64,000 nucleotides of DNA from Halocafeteria seosinensis (Eukaryota): contig LVLI01000201.1 of the NCBI GenBank assembly GCA_001687465.1, forward strand, positions 62,001-126,000, read 5' to 3'. Shown here one piece after another: positions 47,973 to 60,052 of the stretch. Each line of letters begins with the position of its first letter. The stretch's first letter is position 1. The notes beneath the pieces were generated by a model. It ran no database searches. It saw nothing but the letters and a program-made list of their open reading frames with translations, and was not told the origin of the DNA. The translations under genes and the position numbers were made by a program.

Positions 47973-49075
47973 TGTTTGTACACTGTGCGCTTCTCAGTAC
48001 TCACACTACTCTTAGTGTGTCCAGAAAACGGTGCGGGGTCCTTCTTGTATTGAGTAAGAAAACGACGTCACTCAAACAAAAGACTCCTGGGCCGCACAGG
48101 CGACTGACAGCTGTATCTTCCCCCCGCTGCTGTAACCCTCTCGTGACGATACAGTTCGGCTAAAGCACATCCATTTGGGAAGAAATTACCAATACCGCAA
48201 TATTGACTCAATCTTGCTCAGACGGACACCTCTGTCTGTGTAGAGTCGCAGATCCTGCTTTGGCGACGCGCCAAGTTGCTACGCAGAGGTCGTACAATGC
48301 TGCACGGTAACAAAAAAACAGGTATCCATGTTCTACGATGACGCAAACACAACACACAGAGAGAAGCAGCATTTGACCATTGATCGAGAAGGGAAACGCT
48401 ATCGAACGAGCATAAACTTCGGCTGCGGGACTTGAAGGGGGTGGTGCGGAGCACAACCACTACCGGGCCGGTTTCTATAAACTTTTTCTTGTTTCCGCCC
48501 CCTAATATAGTCACCACAAGCCCAATCCACGCTATCCACTAGACTCAATGAAATCATTTCCATGGGTGCATGATGTTGTGAGCACAGCCCAGACCTTCGT
48601 ACGCAATTAGTCACGGACACGCGGCCTCCTTTGGTTTTTTGTCAGCCTCCGGACATTTACCAAAGCCGCAGATGAATAGAGTCCAACAACAACCTAGTTT
48701 GTTTGCTGAATGAGCTTGATGCTGGGTGCATCCGGGAGCCTCGTTCACCTATTGACTTACGACAATGCGGGGATGACGTTGTATACGCTTCTGAACAATG
48801 CCGGCGGCGGCCGTACTTTCTACTGTGCTTAGTACCTGACACCAGGCGTCTCGGTGAACAATAATTTTTTCACCAGAGAACTGAATGAACAGTTCGTGAA
48901 TATCAAAGTATGTAAAGTTACTGTATCTATCCAAACACTGTGCAACAACTGACTTGCATCAACCCTGCACCCCTTAGTAATATGAGTCAGTATTCCCTCA
49001 GTGTGTGTCCTTAAAACGGAGTGAGTCACCGCAACGGTTCAGCCCGCAGACCCGGAAATTTCCTGGCTACAACCG

Positions 49076-49142
49076 ACACAACGATGGGATAAAAAACCGT
49101 GGGTTCACAACGACGATGGACAAAAAACCGTGGGTACACAAG
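49076..49142. repeat. ~31-bp imperfect tandem duplication in the 3' flank of the GTF3C2-like gene
   Basis: acgatgg..aaaaaaccgtgggt.cacaa occurs twice. Confidence 0.75.
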
Positions 49143-49147
49143 AATGT

Positions 49148-51777
49148 TCATTTCTTTTCAGTGTCTACTGCTGGAGAGCCTGAGCCTTGTACTCTCTTCC
49201 GCTTTCCTCTGGATTTGCGAGTCGGACGTTTAGACGCCTCTGGAGACCGCGCTTCCGGCTCTGGTGGATTACTCGTCACTTCTCTACATAGGAGGGCACA
49301 TTCTGAAACGTCAATAAGGGACAAGCCAACCGTTCCATCACCTAAGGCTGACACTGCACACGCATATTGGGAGCTTAGTGATTCCCCGCTTAGAACCGTG
49401 TCTGCTGCTCCATAAGGAAGAGCTACGAGCCGGACCAACTCTGCGGAAGCGTCAAAAGCAGGAATTGGAATTTGAATTGAAGATTGAAATTGCTGTGTCA
49501 CTGTAGATTGAGGACGTCTAATAGCTACTCCAGTCGTTTCGAATGCGGAATTGGTGCGTTTGTGTGTTCCAACGAACCCCGGCATCAACGAGACTGAACC
49601 ATCACTGGAGGCCTGGGCCAAAATAGTGTAGACTCCGTCGTTCCCTCTTTTCTTACCGCGTTTTGGTTTGCCTCCTGAAAACATTATAGTGGGCATAGCG
49701 TCTAGAGAGGAGATGGTACTCTTGCAATTAGGCATCATCGCGCTCGTTGATCCTGAGGGGAATTCTACTAGCCTAGTTTCTCCTTCTTGAACGCAGGCAA
49801 GAACCCCTTCAGGAACGGCAGCTACCGCTGTCACAGGATGTAAACCGAGCGATTGTTCCCTCACGCATCTATATTCGGATACATCCCACACTCTTATCGC
49901 TCCATCTCCATACCCTGCTATTATTTCCTGTGTGTTCTGCCAACTCCAGCTCAGTGATGAGACGTATGCTGTAGTGCTAGCGGTCCCTCGCAAACAGAGC
50001 GGATCAAACACTGTGAGAGGAACAGCTGACCTACTGTAATGGTCGTCGCCCGAAAGCGGCCAGAATAGCAGTTCCCTTTCTTCCGAATCTTGTCCCACGC
50101 TCCACAGAGTAACGCACCCGTTATCAGCACCTGTTACAAATAGCTCAGCGTCGTGGGAGCTCCACCTGAACACTGTTTGGTACGAGCCTTCAAGGCTTGC
50201 TACACATAAAGGACGAAGAGACACACGTATCGGAAGAGACACAGACAGTTTGCTAGCAACCTGAGGAGGACTCGGTATAGGAAACACAACGGCGTTTCCA
50301 TTTCCCATACACGCACCTAGTAAGCCAAAGCGTGTTGGGGCCTCAGAAGTTCCGGGAGACTCAGGGGCAACATCGTGGTACGAAGAAGGTTTACAAAACG
50401 GATTCCAGTGTAAATCAGTCACTGACCCACATGCATGCTCTAGAAGAAGTGTACATTTTGCACCTCTGATAGAAAGACTGGAAGCGCTACCTGGTTTGGC
50501 AATGAACCTCGGCTCCTGTATGTTAGCGTCTGAGCAGTTGTCGTCACTACCATGCACCACAGTGCTCTGCCATATTTGTATACAGGTCGAAGAACTATCG
50601 TCCTGCTCCCTATTTTGAGAGTTGGATGGAGCATCCGAGGTTGACAGAGCCAATGCAATTTCGCTAGCATTGTCATTTTGACCCTTCATCGTAAATGCAT
50701 CCATGGCACTCACTGGAGACTCCAGAGTCAATTTCCAATGCGCCGCATAGCTATGCGTGTCTTTAGTCCCGCGTACCGTTACATCAGAAGGAAGCGACGT
50801 CTGCGAATGGGAAGGGAGCATGTGTGGGTCAGTGACTGCATGAGAAAAACACTGAGATGTCGACGACGCGCATGCATCCCCCACCACTTGAGTTTCCCCA
50901 AGCCAATCCGAGATGCATGCGTACGTTGGACACAACATATGAGGCAAATTGAACGCACCATTTACTGCATGATGATCATCTCCTTCAGGTTGCCAAAATC
51001 CTCGAGGGACTGCTGCTGGCGCGACCATTCTCCTTGCGCTATTATCATCCATTAAGTCTGGCTCGTGATCATCCCCAGTATTGGCGCGTGTCCTTCCACC
51101 GCGACCGCCACCACCACGACCCCGAGTTCCGACTACTCTCCCGCGTCCCCATCTCTGTCCATGAACACCACCTCGGATAGTACCCCCAGTTATACTCAAG
51201 ACCGAAGAAGGATCGGGGTGTCCACTTCCGTATCCGAAATTAGTATGAAGCTGCTCATCCGCTTTATCGCGGCTCGTAACGTCGTCGTAGGAGACACATA
51301 CCCGATTCTTAAGATGGTACATTATCCCCGGCTTGGTAGTAAATTGTACCCCACAGAACGGACACCGTACATTACACCGGTACTCGTATCCTCCCCGTTG
51401 CTGGTGAGCTACATGATCCCCAACCCGTGGTGGCCGTCCTACTCTCTTGCTCTGCGTTGGGATTTCACCTAATGATTCCTCGGTAACTGAGATTCCCATA
51501 GCTCGCGCCTCATTGACAGCATCCCGGATGACGTGTTCGAGTGTTGCACGAGGTCGCTGCGGGTCAAACGAAAAATACGGTAATGACTAACAAATTAACG
51601 TCTTTCCAGAGCAATAGATTTCTTTCTGCTTACCTTGCCTTGCTGCGGAGGTGGCGGCTGTTCAAACTCCTCCTCTTCCTCTTCCTGTTCTTCCTCCTCC
51701 TCCGAGTCCATTGGCGCAGCCTGGCGCGAACGAGCGCCTCCCCGATGTGTGGCGGCTCTTCTATTGGCACGAGGCAT
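49148..51777 (-). CDS. GTF3C2: TFIIIC beta subunit-like (GTF3C2/Tfc6) WD40 protein with AT-hook-like motif and C2HC zinc finger
   Basis: HACGSVTDLHWNP..RFGLLGACMGNGNAVVFPIP signature; WD repeats; RVGRPPR; CPFCG..F..KPGIMYHLKNRVC. Intron 51633-51557. Confidence 0.7.
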
Positions 51778-52798
51778 TTTACAATTCCAAACGACTCTGT
51801 GAAGGTGGCAAAAGAAATTCAAAATCCTCGGCAAGTTGAAGTTGGCGTCGCGCGAGAAAGAGCTGATTCATGCGCCACAGGAACTTCACTCAAGGAGCAA
51901 AGAACGAGATCATAGGATACTATGGAAGAGTAGAGAGTATCTTAGAGACTCTTACAGGGCGTGGAATGCCTCTGAATAGCCTCCTTTCCCCCCTTAACCG
52001 TTAACCCCCGTCCTTCGGTCATCTCTCCTCTCCCTCCTCGCTCCTCTTGAAGTGACTTAAAAACGACAAAAAGGGTATAGGTGTCCTCCCTCCCCTTGTA
52101 GCTCCCCTCGGAGAGCGACACCAGGGATAGGGGGAACAGGGAGATCCTGCCCCTTTTTTGCCCCTTTCCATCTCCTTCTTCATAAAGCAATTTGCTTTTT
52201 TGTATTTCTCACACAAGGTCCCCCATTATGGAAAACAACAAAAAGAATTGGACACGGACGTACCTTGTTTTTTTTTGTTCTTTTTTTTCTTCCTTTCAGG
52301 TAGGGGGCTCTGTCGTATCAAACCTGTTCAACTCACTTCATTGAACCTGGATAGTCCGTTAGCCGTCGAACACGAATATGGCAGGGCTTCCGCCCGGACC
52401 GAGAAGGCCCTTGTTGAATACGGGTGGAAGAATTCAAACAACTTCACTTTGCTTCGCCTGAATTCCTCTTCGGGGAAATCTCATTTGACCTCGGACGCAT
52501 CATGAATGATACTCGTTTATAAGTGTACCAATTGTTTAATCAAGACAAGAGGGTGGAATTCTCCCCACAAGACCTACATGACATGTGGAAGTCTGGAATT
52601 ACGAAGTTACTGCTGCCAACTTGGCAGTATAAGACGCATGAAAAGTCAATGAAGGAGAGAATGTAAATCATTCTGTGCAGCATGCTTCAAGTACAGGCTC
52701 TGTAGCAGCACCTACTATGCTACCGAATGCTTTTCAGTTCAGGAGATATCCATCCCTCCGGGACATAGAACACATACTTGGTCGGTATCCGAGACGTA

Positions 52799-54586
52799 CT
52801 ATTCCTTTGGCTGATCGCTTAATTCAAAAAGGCGATCAACAAAGTCGTTTCGGAAGAGTCCTTGCGGGTCCCATTTCTGCCGGAGCTCGTTGAACTCGTC
52901 GATCCGTGGGAGAGTTTGCTTCAGATGAGACTTAGTGCTATAGAACCGCTTTCCCCAATGTGGCCTGCCTTCGTGCTCTAATGCGATCTGCTCAAAATCG
53001 CTGCGGAAGAAAGAGAAATCGAGTCACACTTGCGTTGGGTTTCTCGGGGACTTGGCAACCCCAATGACCATACATACCTAAAATATTGTCGTAGTTTCTC
53101 TTCTGAAGCAGAGAATAATCCAATCGTAATATGGCAGACAACTTCGCCTTTCGTTAAGAGATCAGGAACTCGCCCATTGTGCCCTCGTATTTTCTCGGAG
53201 TCCTTGTTCAGATACCCGCTTGATAACCATGAATTGTCTCGTTGGACAAACCGGATTTCATGGATGAAACCGCATCGTATACCAGATGTTGCAATATAAT
53301 TCTGAAGCTTCTTGATCACCTTGACCGCCTTCGATGCGGGCACAGCGTATTCCAGTTCCGTGTGATATGGAACACGATAGCAAATCTGAAGGTGCTCATA
53401 ACTCTTTCCTGAGCGTGTTTTCGTAGCCAGGAAGCTCGTATACCCAATTATCTCGTTTACTACACGTTGAATAGGCGGAAACGATGCGCTGATAAACTGT
53501 ACCAGCTCCATTAGATATCCTTTGATCACTCCATCTAGCGTCCACGAAATATGCCCCGCTTGCCGCGAGGGAGCCTTGCTTATCTCATATACGACAACGC
53601 TATTTGTGTGAGGCAAGATCCAGAATTTGGCAAACTCAAAGGAATTAATATAGTAGCTCAGTTTCTCGTAAAACTCATTCTCCGTAACAAGATGCTCACG
53701 GACTTTAACATCGAAAGCCGGGACCAGTTCTAGCGTCACTTTCGTTATGATACCCAAGCAACCTAAGCTAATTCGGAAAGCATTCAAAAGATCGCCAGGC
53801 ATATCCTGATTGATTGTGTGGACTTTGCCTTTTGCGTCCACAACTTCCAGACTTATGACTTGACGTGATAGAGGTTCATGTCTTGCACCACTTCCATGAG
53901 TATTCGTACAGATCGCCCCTGCGATACTTTGCTCATCCACCGACGGTACATTGGCTGGGTAAACAAAAATTACCTTGAAACTCCTACGAGAAGTCTTTCA
54001 AGCAAAAAAGTCACGTACGAAATGCGAGTGGCGGATCCAAGCGATCCAGTGCCGAATACAAGTCACACAGGCGTATTCCAGCTTCCACAGTCACTCTTCG
54101 GTTAGCTGCATCGACCTCGACGATCTTGTTCAAGTTGTCCAAATTCACATGAATATCGTGTGGCTTGGCGATATCGTTCCAACTGTGCCCGGCCCCAACG
54201 ACTTTAAGTCGTCTTTGGGACGACTTCGCTTGTCGTACGAGCTGAACCACTTCATACAGGGATTTCGGGTAGTACGTCGCGTTCGTTGGAGAGACCAGTG
54301 TATACCGCCCGTCCCAATTGCGGACGACCGGTTTTGCTCGAGTGGGCTTGTAAAGGTAATGACGGTAATAATGCCAGAGACAAACGCTGCCGAGGATCCA
54401 TCCCGGGAGCCCTATGGTCAGAATCAAGCTCTGTGTTAGCCACCCGGGCGCTCTGCGCCACAGATATTGCAGCCAATAAATTCCCAAAACCTGTAGGGTG
54501 CGGTATGAACAACATACAATGCATAGAGCAAAGATCCTGAGAGTGGAGGACGCGGGAAGTCGTACGTACCGACGTGGAAATCGCAT
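52799..54586 (-). CDS. GULO: Aldonolactone oxidase (L-gulonolactone/D-arabinono-1,4-lactone oxidase family) with N-terminal TM segments
   Basis: KVVGAGHSWND (FAD-linking His), TNTHGSG, SLGCLGIITKVTL, ELEYAVP, HEIRFV, final exon GRPHWGK..DPQGLFRN. Two introns. Confidence 0.85.
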
Positions 54587-54818
54587 ACGCGATTGCTGGT
54601 TTCGTATAAGCCATGCTGAGCTATCACTACAATCAAGATATTATGTCACCATTATCGATGAACTGAAAAAACAACAAAAAACAATGCAATCGCAATACAC
54701 TGAACTGCTACTTCTGAAGAAGACTTCGACGATACTTCGAAGTTTGAACTTCTAGCTTGTGCATTAGTTCATTATCAGTTGCTTCAAAGACAAAGAACTA
54801 CTCCGAAAATCCCTTGTT

Positions 54819-57083
54819 TCAGCAGTATTGCTCCAAATCTTCGATCGTGTAGCTAACTTTCGTATTGCCTTTCTTTCCCTTTATCTTAGTGATTTTCAAG
54901 TCACCGATCTGACCGGTATGGTTTACGTGAGTGCCACCGCAGGCACAACCTTGGTCTTCACTTCCAACGTACACAGTCCTGACGCTACTTCCGTCTTCGG
55001 AAGTTTCCATCTGTATCCTCGTGGGTATCTGCTTGGAGACTAGGTCCGTGACTTTCTTCTGAAGCTCCTTTGCAATTTGCTCTCGTTCTCTTGCAGGGAT
55101 ATCTCCAATGTATTCTACAAACGGGCCATCTGGAAAATGGTGACCTTTTCCTGCCTCCATATTCTGGCCTACCTGACGCATTGCTTCGTCGATTAAATGC
55201 CCACCAGAGTGCAAGCGTGCAGAATTGCGGCGCCAGACCCCGTTCACCAAACACTTGCATCCGTGACCTCTAGCAAACCGCGCAGCTGCGGAGTCATTTT
55301 CTCCTTCTTCAGGGGAATTAATACAAGGCTTTCCGTTATCCTGGCTTTGAATGTTTTCGGGTGCAACATTGGCATTATGGCGTTTCACATATCTCCCAAA
55401 GTGCAGGACGACGGAAAGGGGACTTTTTCCGTTTGAGGGCACAATGGTTCCATTCTTAACTGTGTGCACTTCAAATACAATGGGTTCATAATCAGTTGTT
55501 TGTGATATGATATATCCCCGGTCAGCAGGTTGTCCTCCGCCCTGAGCATGGAACACTGTCTGATCCAATATGAGAACTTCTTCGCCTAAACCAGCCTCGT
55601 TCGCTCCTTGCACTTCTGCCGAATTCATATTATTAGCCTGCGCGTCTTCTGCGTGAAGCTCCATCGTGGAGTTCTTTACTCGCCCCACAACATAGGCATT
55701 GCATTCTAGTAGATACGTATCATTCATATATAGACGACGGGTATCAGCTAGCCTAGCACCATGGCTTGAAGTGATACACTCCTGTGCTGATTGTACCAAG
55801 ACGCGTGCTGCGTACTCCACCCGATCTCTGGTCGAATGCCTTCCGACAGATAGTCGCATCGTACCTCTGGCTCTCTCTTGACCAATTCCCATAGCTTTGA
55901 GCACGTGTGAAGAATGATCTTTTCCCTTCTTGCATGCGGCACCTACACTGGCGCAAACCTGACCTTCACTCTTGGCTAGGACTTCGCTAGCGGATATACC
56001 CTCAAACGCAATACTGAGTGTGTTCGGAAGTCGCTTTTCAGAGGCCTGAGGACAATTGTCAATAACTTTAACATCTCCAACTTCCTTCATGCCAGTCAAG
56101 ATTCTCTCCTTCAGCAGTTCTCGCAGATCGTGCAATCTTTCTCGCTCCCTATGGTCGAGTTTATACTTGGCTTCGTCACATGCTACACCTAGGGCAGCTA
56201 TGTATGGCACATTTTCGGTTCCAGCTCGATAGCCACGCTCCTGCGCTGGCCCGTGCATTAGATTCACCAGTCTAATAGGAGTAGTTGTACGCATGAGTAG
56301 GCAACCTACTCCTTTCGGTCCATAAAATTTGTGTCCGGCTACAGACATCATATCCACATCCAGCTGTTGAAAATCGACTGGAATCTTTCCAATAACCTGA
56401 CTTGCGTCAGTGTGAAATACCAGTTGCTGAGAGAGACCTGGAGTTTCTCTTATTAGTCGTGCAATCTCAGCAATGGGCTGAATAGCTCCTACTTCATTCT
56501 GAATGTAGAGAAAGAACTAACCCTTGACAGTACAATATCTTGAACTCAAACAACACACAAATACTACACTTACATTTGCCAGCATGACGCTCACAAACCG
56601 CGTGTTTGGGCGGATCGAGTTGAACACTTCTTCAGCCGAAACAATGCCTTCATTGTTCACTCCCACATAGGTCACTTGCGCTCCAAGATGTTGCTGAGCA
56701 AATTCGCATGTTTTCAAGGTAGCCGGGTGTTCCACTGCTGTGGTCACGATATGGGGCGGTTCTCCATTGAGGTCAATACCCTCTCCATGTATGCACGCGT
56801 GGATGACGCCTTTCAAGGACCAGTTTATGCTCTCTGTAGCGCCTGAGGTGAAAAAGACTTCCTCGGGTGCACAATTCAACGCATTCGCCACTTGCTGCCG
56901 CGCTTTCGCGATCGCTTCCTTGGCTCCAGACCCTTCCGGATACCCCGAGGAGGGGTTATACCAGTCTTCCCTGAGGTATTTCATAATCGTCTCGACCACC
57001 TTCTCTGAAGGTGGGCTTGTGGCGTTGTAATCGAGATAAACAGCGCCTTGAGGGTCCTGGTCACTTGAAGATGACGAAGCCAT
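54819..57083 (-). CDS. Fusion of NifS/selenocysteine-lyase-type class-V PLP enzyme and AlaX tRNA-editing domain (~729 aa)
   Basis: VYLDYNATSP, FTSGATES, MLAN|NEVG (intron 56573-56499), HTDASQ, GHKFYGPKG, RAGTEN, SVGAAC. Same exon continues TRRLYMND, LDQTVFHAQGGGQPADRG, HSGGH, CGGTH. Confidence 0.92.
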
Positions 57084-58165
57084 GATGCAATGACGACGGA
57101 TAATAAAGAGTGCAATTAAAATTGTATAGTGTCTACATTGATACGTATAGCAAACAATTCAGCAAGGATTCTATTAACTACACGAAGATCCTGTTAGCTA
57201 GACAACGCGCCGCGGCCCGCAGGTGAAGAAGTCAAGAAGTCAAGGATACTGAATACCTACGTGGGGAGCTAAATACAGTCATTGATGAAAGCACTAGAAC
57301 TGTTCCCGAAAAGTAAACTATTCATCATAAGTTACACCTGGCAAGTACGGAGGGATTGAGATTCCTCCGTATATGGCTTCCTATGGTCTAGTGGAATTCA
57401 ACATACTCTCTTGAAATTCCAAGTGTGGTCAGACAACTATTGCAATGGAATGCCGGCTGGTAGCATGCTTTCTGCGTGTCAACGTCAGTGAACAACTCTC
57501 ATTCCCAATGTTCGCGTCTGTGTGTTTCCTACCAGGTTGTATGTGTTGGGGTATAGTGGAACCCCAGTGAGGGTGTGTCAAACTGCAGGAGCTACACGAT
57601 CTCCCTATTCTATGCACGGCAAGTAAATTCAAGTTCGGGAACTTTGTTAAGTGTACAATGAACTCGAAACTCTGTGGGAAAACATCACAGTTCACCTTGT
57701 ATGCTCAATATACGGGCATGACTCATGAGTCAACGGACTTCACGCGCTTATGCCACCAGTGCCTGGTAGTGCAGGCTGGTACCATACACTTCATGTTTTG
57801 TTGGTGTGTTGTTGTTCTTCGGTTTTCTCTTTGTCTTCTTACATTTAGTTGTGGGCGGCTTCCATCTATGGAGGAGAGACTATAACCTCAACCATGGGGA
57901 GGGTAGTTTAGACTTTTGGCTGACGTTGTGCCAAAAGTCAAAAACTCCAGAAGTACAGCTCCTCTACGCAAGACTCCTGCAGGAGCCTCTTCCGGGGACC
58001 ATGGGACGTTATTGGCTCTATGGGAATCCATAGACGATGGCCGCGATCGGTCGACGCGCGAGCGAGTGCATGTTAATCAACATGCGCTTCCCCACCGGCT
58101 TCTAAAAAAGTGAATAAACGCGTGGAGATGGGGTATGTTCCATGGTTAATAGTCCGCACACTAGT

Positions 58166-58762
58166 TTATTGGCGACGCGATCTTCCAGATCTAGCTGTGT
58201 CGTTCTGTTGGCGTGTCTCTTCGTAAGGAAGTTGGTAGTTCTGGCACTCCGAAAGTGGCACTGGACGTCTACCTGATCGAACAACTGACTGGGACAGGCA
58301 ATGTGCGATATCTCTCACTGCCATATCGCTATGCATGCTAAAGTTCATAGTACTGTACAAGTCCGAGAGGGATCGAACCTCTTGAGGAGAGGTATCACGT
58401 GCAATGCACTCAACATCGAAATAGTGGGCAATGACGTCCTCCATGTCCGTTGACCACAAGTCCATAGGAAGATCTCGATCAGGCACTTTGACGACGGAGC
58501 ACCATGACTCTTGTACAGCGCGTCGTGTATAATCCGACAGACGGCAAATACATAGAGAAGCACGACATTTGAGGCAAACAAGGATACCACAGCGCCGTTT
58601 CCCATGGGGAAGAAAGGCCCGCAGGTAATGCCCGTTGTTCGTCACTACCGTACAGTCTTCTAGGTCTCGATATGCAAATAAGTCGGGATGATTTTCAACA
58701 AACATTTTGGCAACTTCTGCGCGTGTGGGCTCACGTCCAGAGACAGAGCCGTCAGTATCCAT
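58166..58762 (-). CDS. Hypothetical protein with His/Cys motif (paralogue A)
   Basis: 198-aa ATG-initiated ORF sharing NGH..F.P.G.R.CG...C..C and DVI..YFDV.C with 60396..61250. Confidence 0.65.
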   Translation of the reverse strand: MDTDGSVSGREPTRAEVAKMFVENHPDLFAYRDLEDCTVVTNNGHYLRAFLPHGKRRCGILVCLKCRASLCICRLSDYTRRAVQESWCSVVKVPDRDLPMDLWSTDMEDVIAHYFDVECIARDTSPQEVRSLSDLYSTMNFSMHSDMAVRDIAHCLSQSVVRSGRRPVPLSECQNYQLPYEETRQQNDTARSGRSRRQ

Positions 58763-60052
58763 TCTTGTGTGCTAAGCAGAACCGAAGTAATGTGATGACG
58801 TGAGAACGTCGGGGTGACCTGGCAAGTAATGGAGCAAAGGTATACGGAATGCAGCATACAGGAGGCTAGGTGCGGTAACTTACTTGCTTCTACCGAAGGA
58901 GTGTGGTTGACCAATAGTACGGCGGTGTTTCAAAATTAACGAGTCTGTGCGTTTCGAAGCCCAATGTCTATGGTGGTAATCCTAGGATGTTCAACCGGTT
59001 TAAGTAGTAGTCCTGTTATACTAGTGTCGCTGACAGTTCATAGATTTTTTTTTTCTCCGAAGGATGGTGGCGTATCGCGACTGCATGGAATGATAGCGAA
59101 GAACACAGAAACGCACTGTTGAGTCGATTCGATTATTGACTCCTACATCATGTCCAGGTCATCGCTGAGGAAATTTCAACTTTTCTTACCTTGCTTTACT
59201 GCCGCTGTGGAATGTACTTGGATCAGCAGCTTCTACACAGTGGAAGTGGACCTCACACAGTTCAAAACCTGGCTGCGCGTTGATCGTATACGCTTCAATA
59301 TGGGGATGCATAATCAATACTATGCAGTTTTAGCGAACTACCCGTTGGGCGGACTTCAAGTGCATCTTGGAGACTATCCGTTTCTCTGCCCTACGAATAG
59401 CTCACGAAAGCAAGCCTCGGGGGTGACCCTGAAGGCATGTGGGTGTGTGAAGCAGCGAGCACTAGCGAAAATAGAATCGAACAATCAATTTGGATTGAGA
59501 AAACCATTGTCGGAAACGGCAGAAAAAAAGAAAGCTTTGAGGAAAAGCGAATATAGAAAACCTCTCATTAGAACCAAGGAAAACACGGATGTTAGGGAGC
59601 AATTTGCCCCCGAGAAACCGAGTTACGTCGTGTGTTCTTAAGCAAGGTTATGATGAGTTCACAAGCTCCCTCTCTTGGTATGTTCATCCCCATTCGTTTT
59701 GCACTAAGTTACACATGTCTGTACTGTGAGCGCGACGGTTCGGAAAGTGGAGGAAACATAAGCAAATGGAAGACCTCCTGCGGGGGTGACATAGGTTGAA
59801 GTTAGTGACCCAGAAGGGCGAGGGTGGGATGTGCGGATCATCTCAGGAACACTAAGGGTCGGTTCTTCAGACTCTCCATTCCCGGTTTGGCTTGCGGCAT
59901 GTATTACACTTGCATGCAAAATTAGTATGTGTCTCGACAAAGAGTCTGTGAGGAATATGTCGGAGAATGTCATTGAGTCACTGTGGTTTTCGCGCGCGTA
60001 ACGGCTTTAACTTCACAATGTGGAATTCAAATGGTGTAACGTGCGTTTTCAG

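Noticed and set aside
52158..52520. Possible selenoprotein-like frame (GPC-TGA) after a polypyrimidine tract
   Set aside because: Upstream in-frame TAG, no start codon and no SECIS recognised.
49148..57083. Operon-like cluster of co-oriented GTF3C2, GULO and NifS-AlaX
   Set aside because: Eukaryotic genes with unrelated functions; co-orientation alone is not evidence.
59150..59641. 163-aa ATG ORF between the His/Cys paralogues
   Set aside because: No motif; could be an upstream exon of paralogue B but I could not link it.
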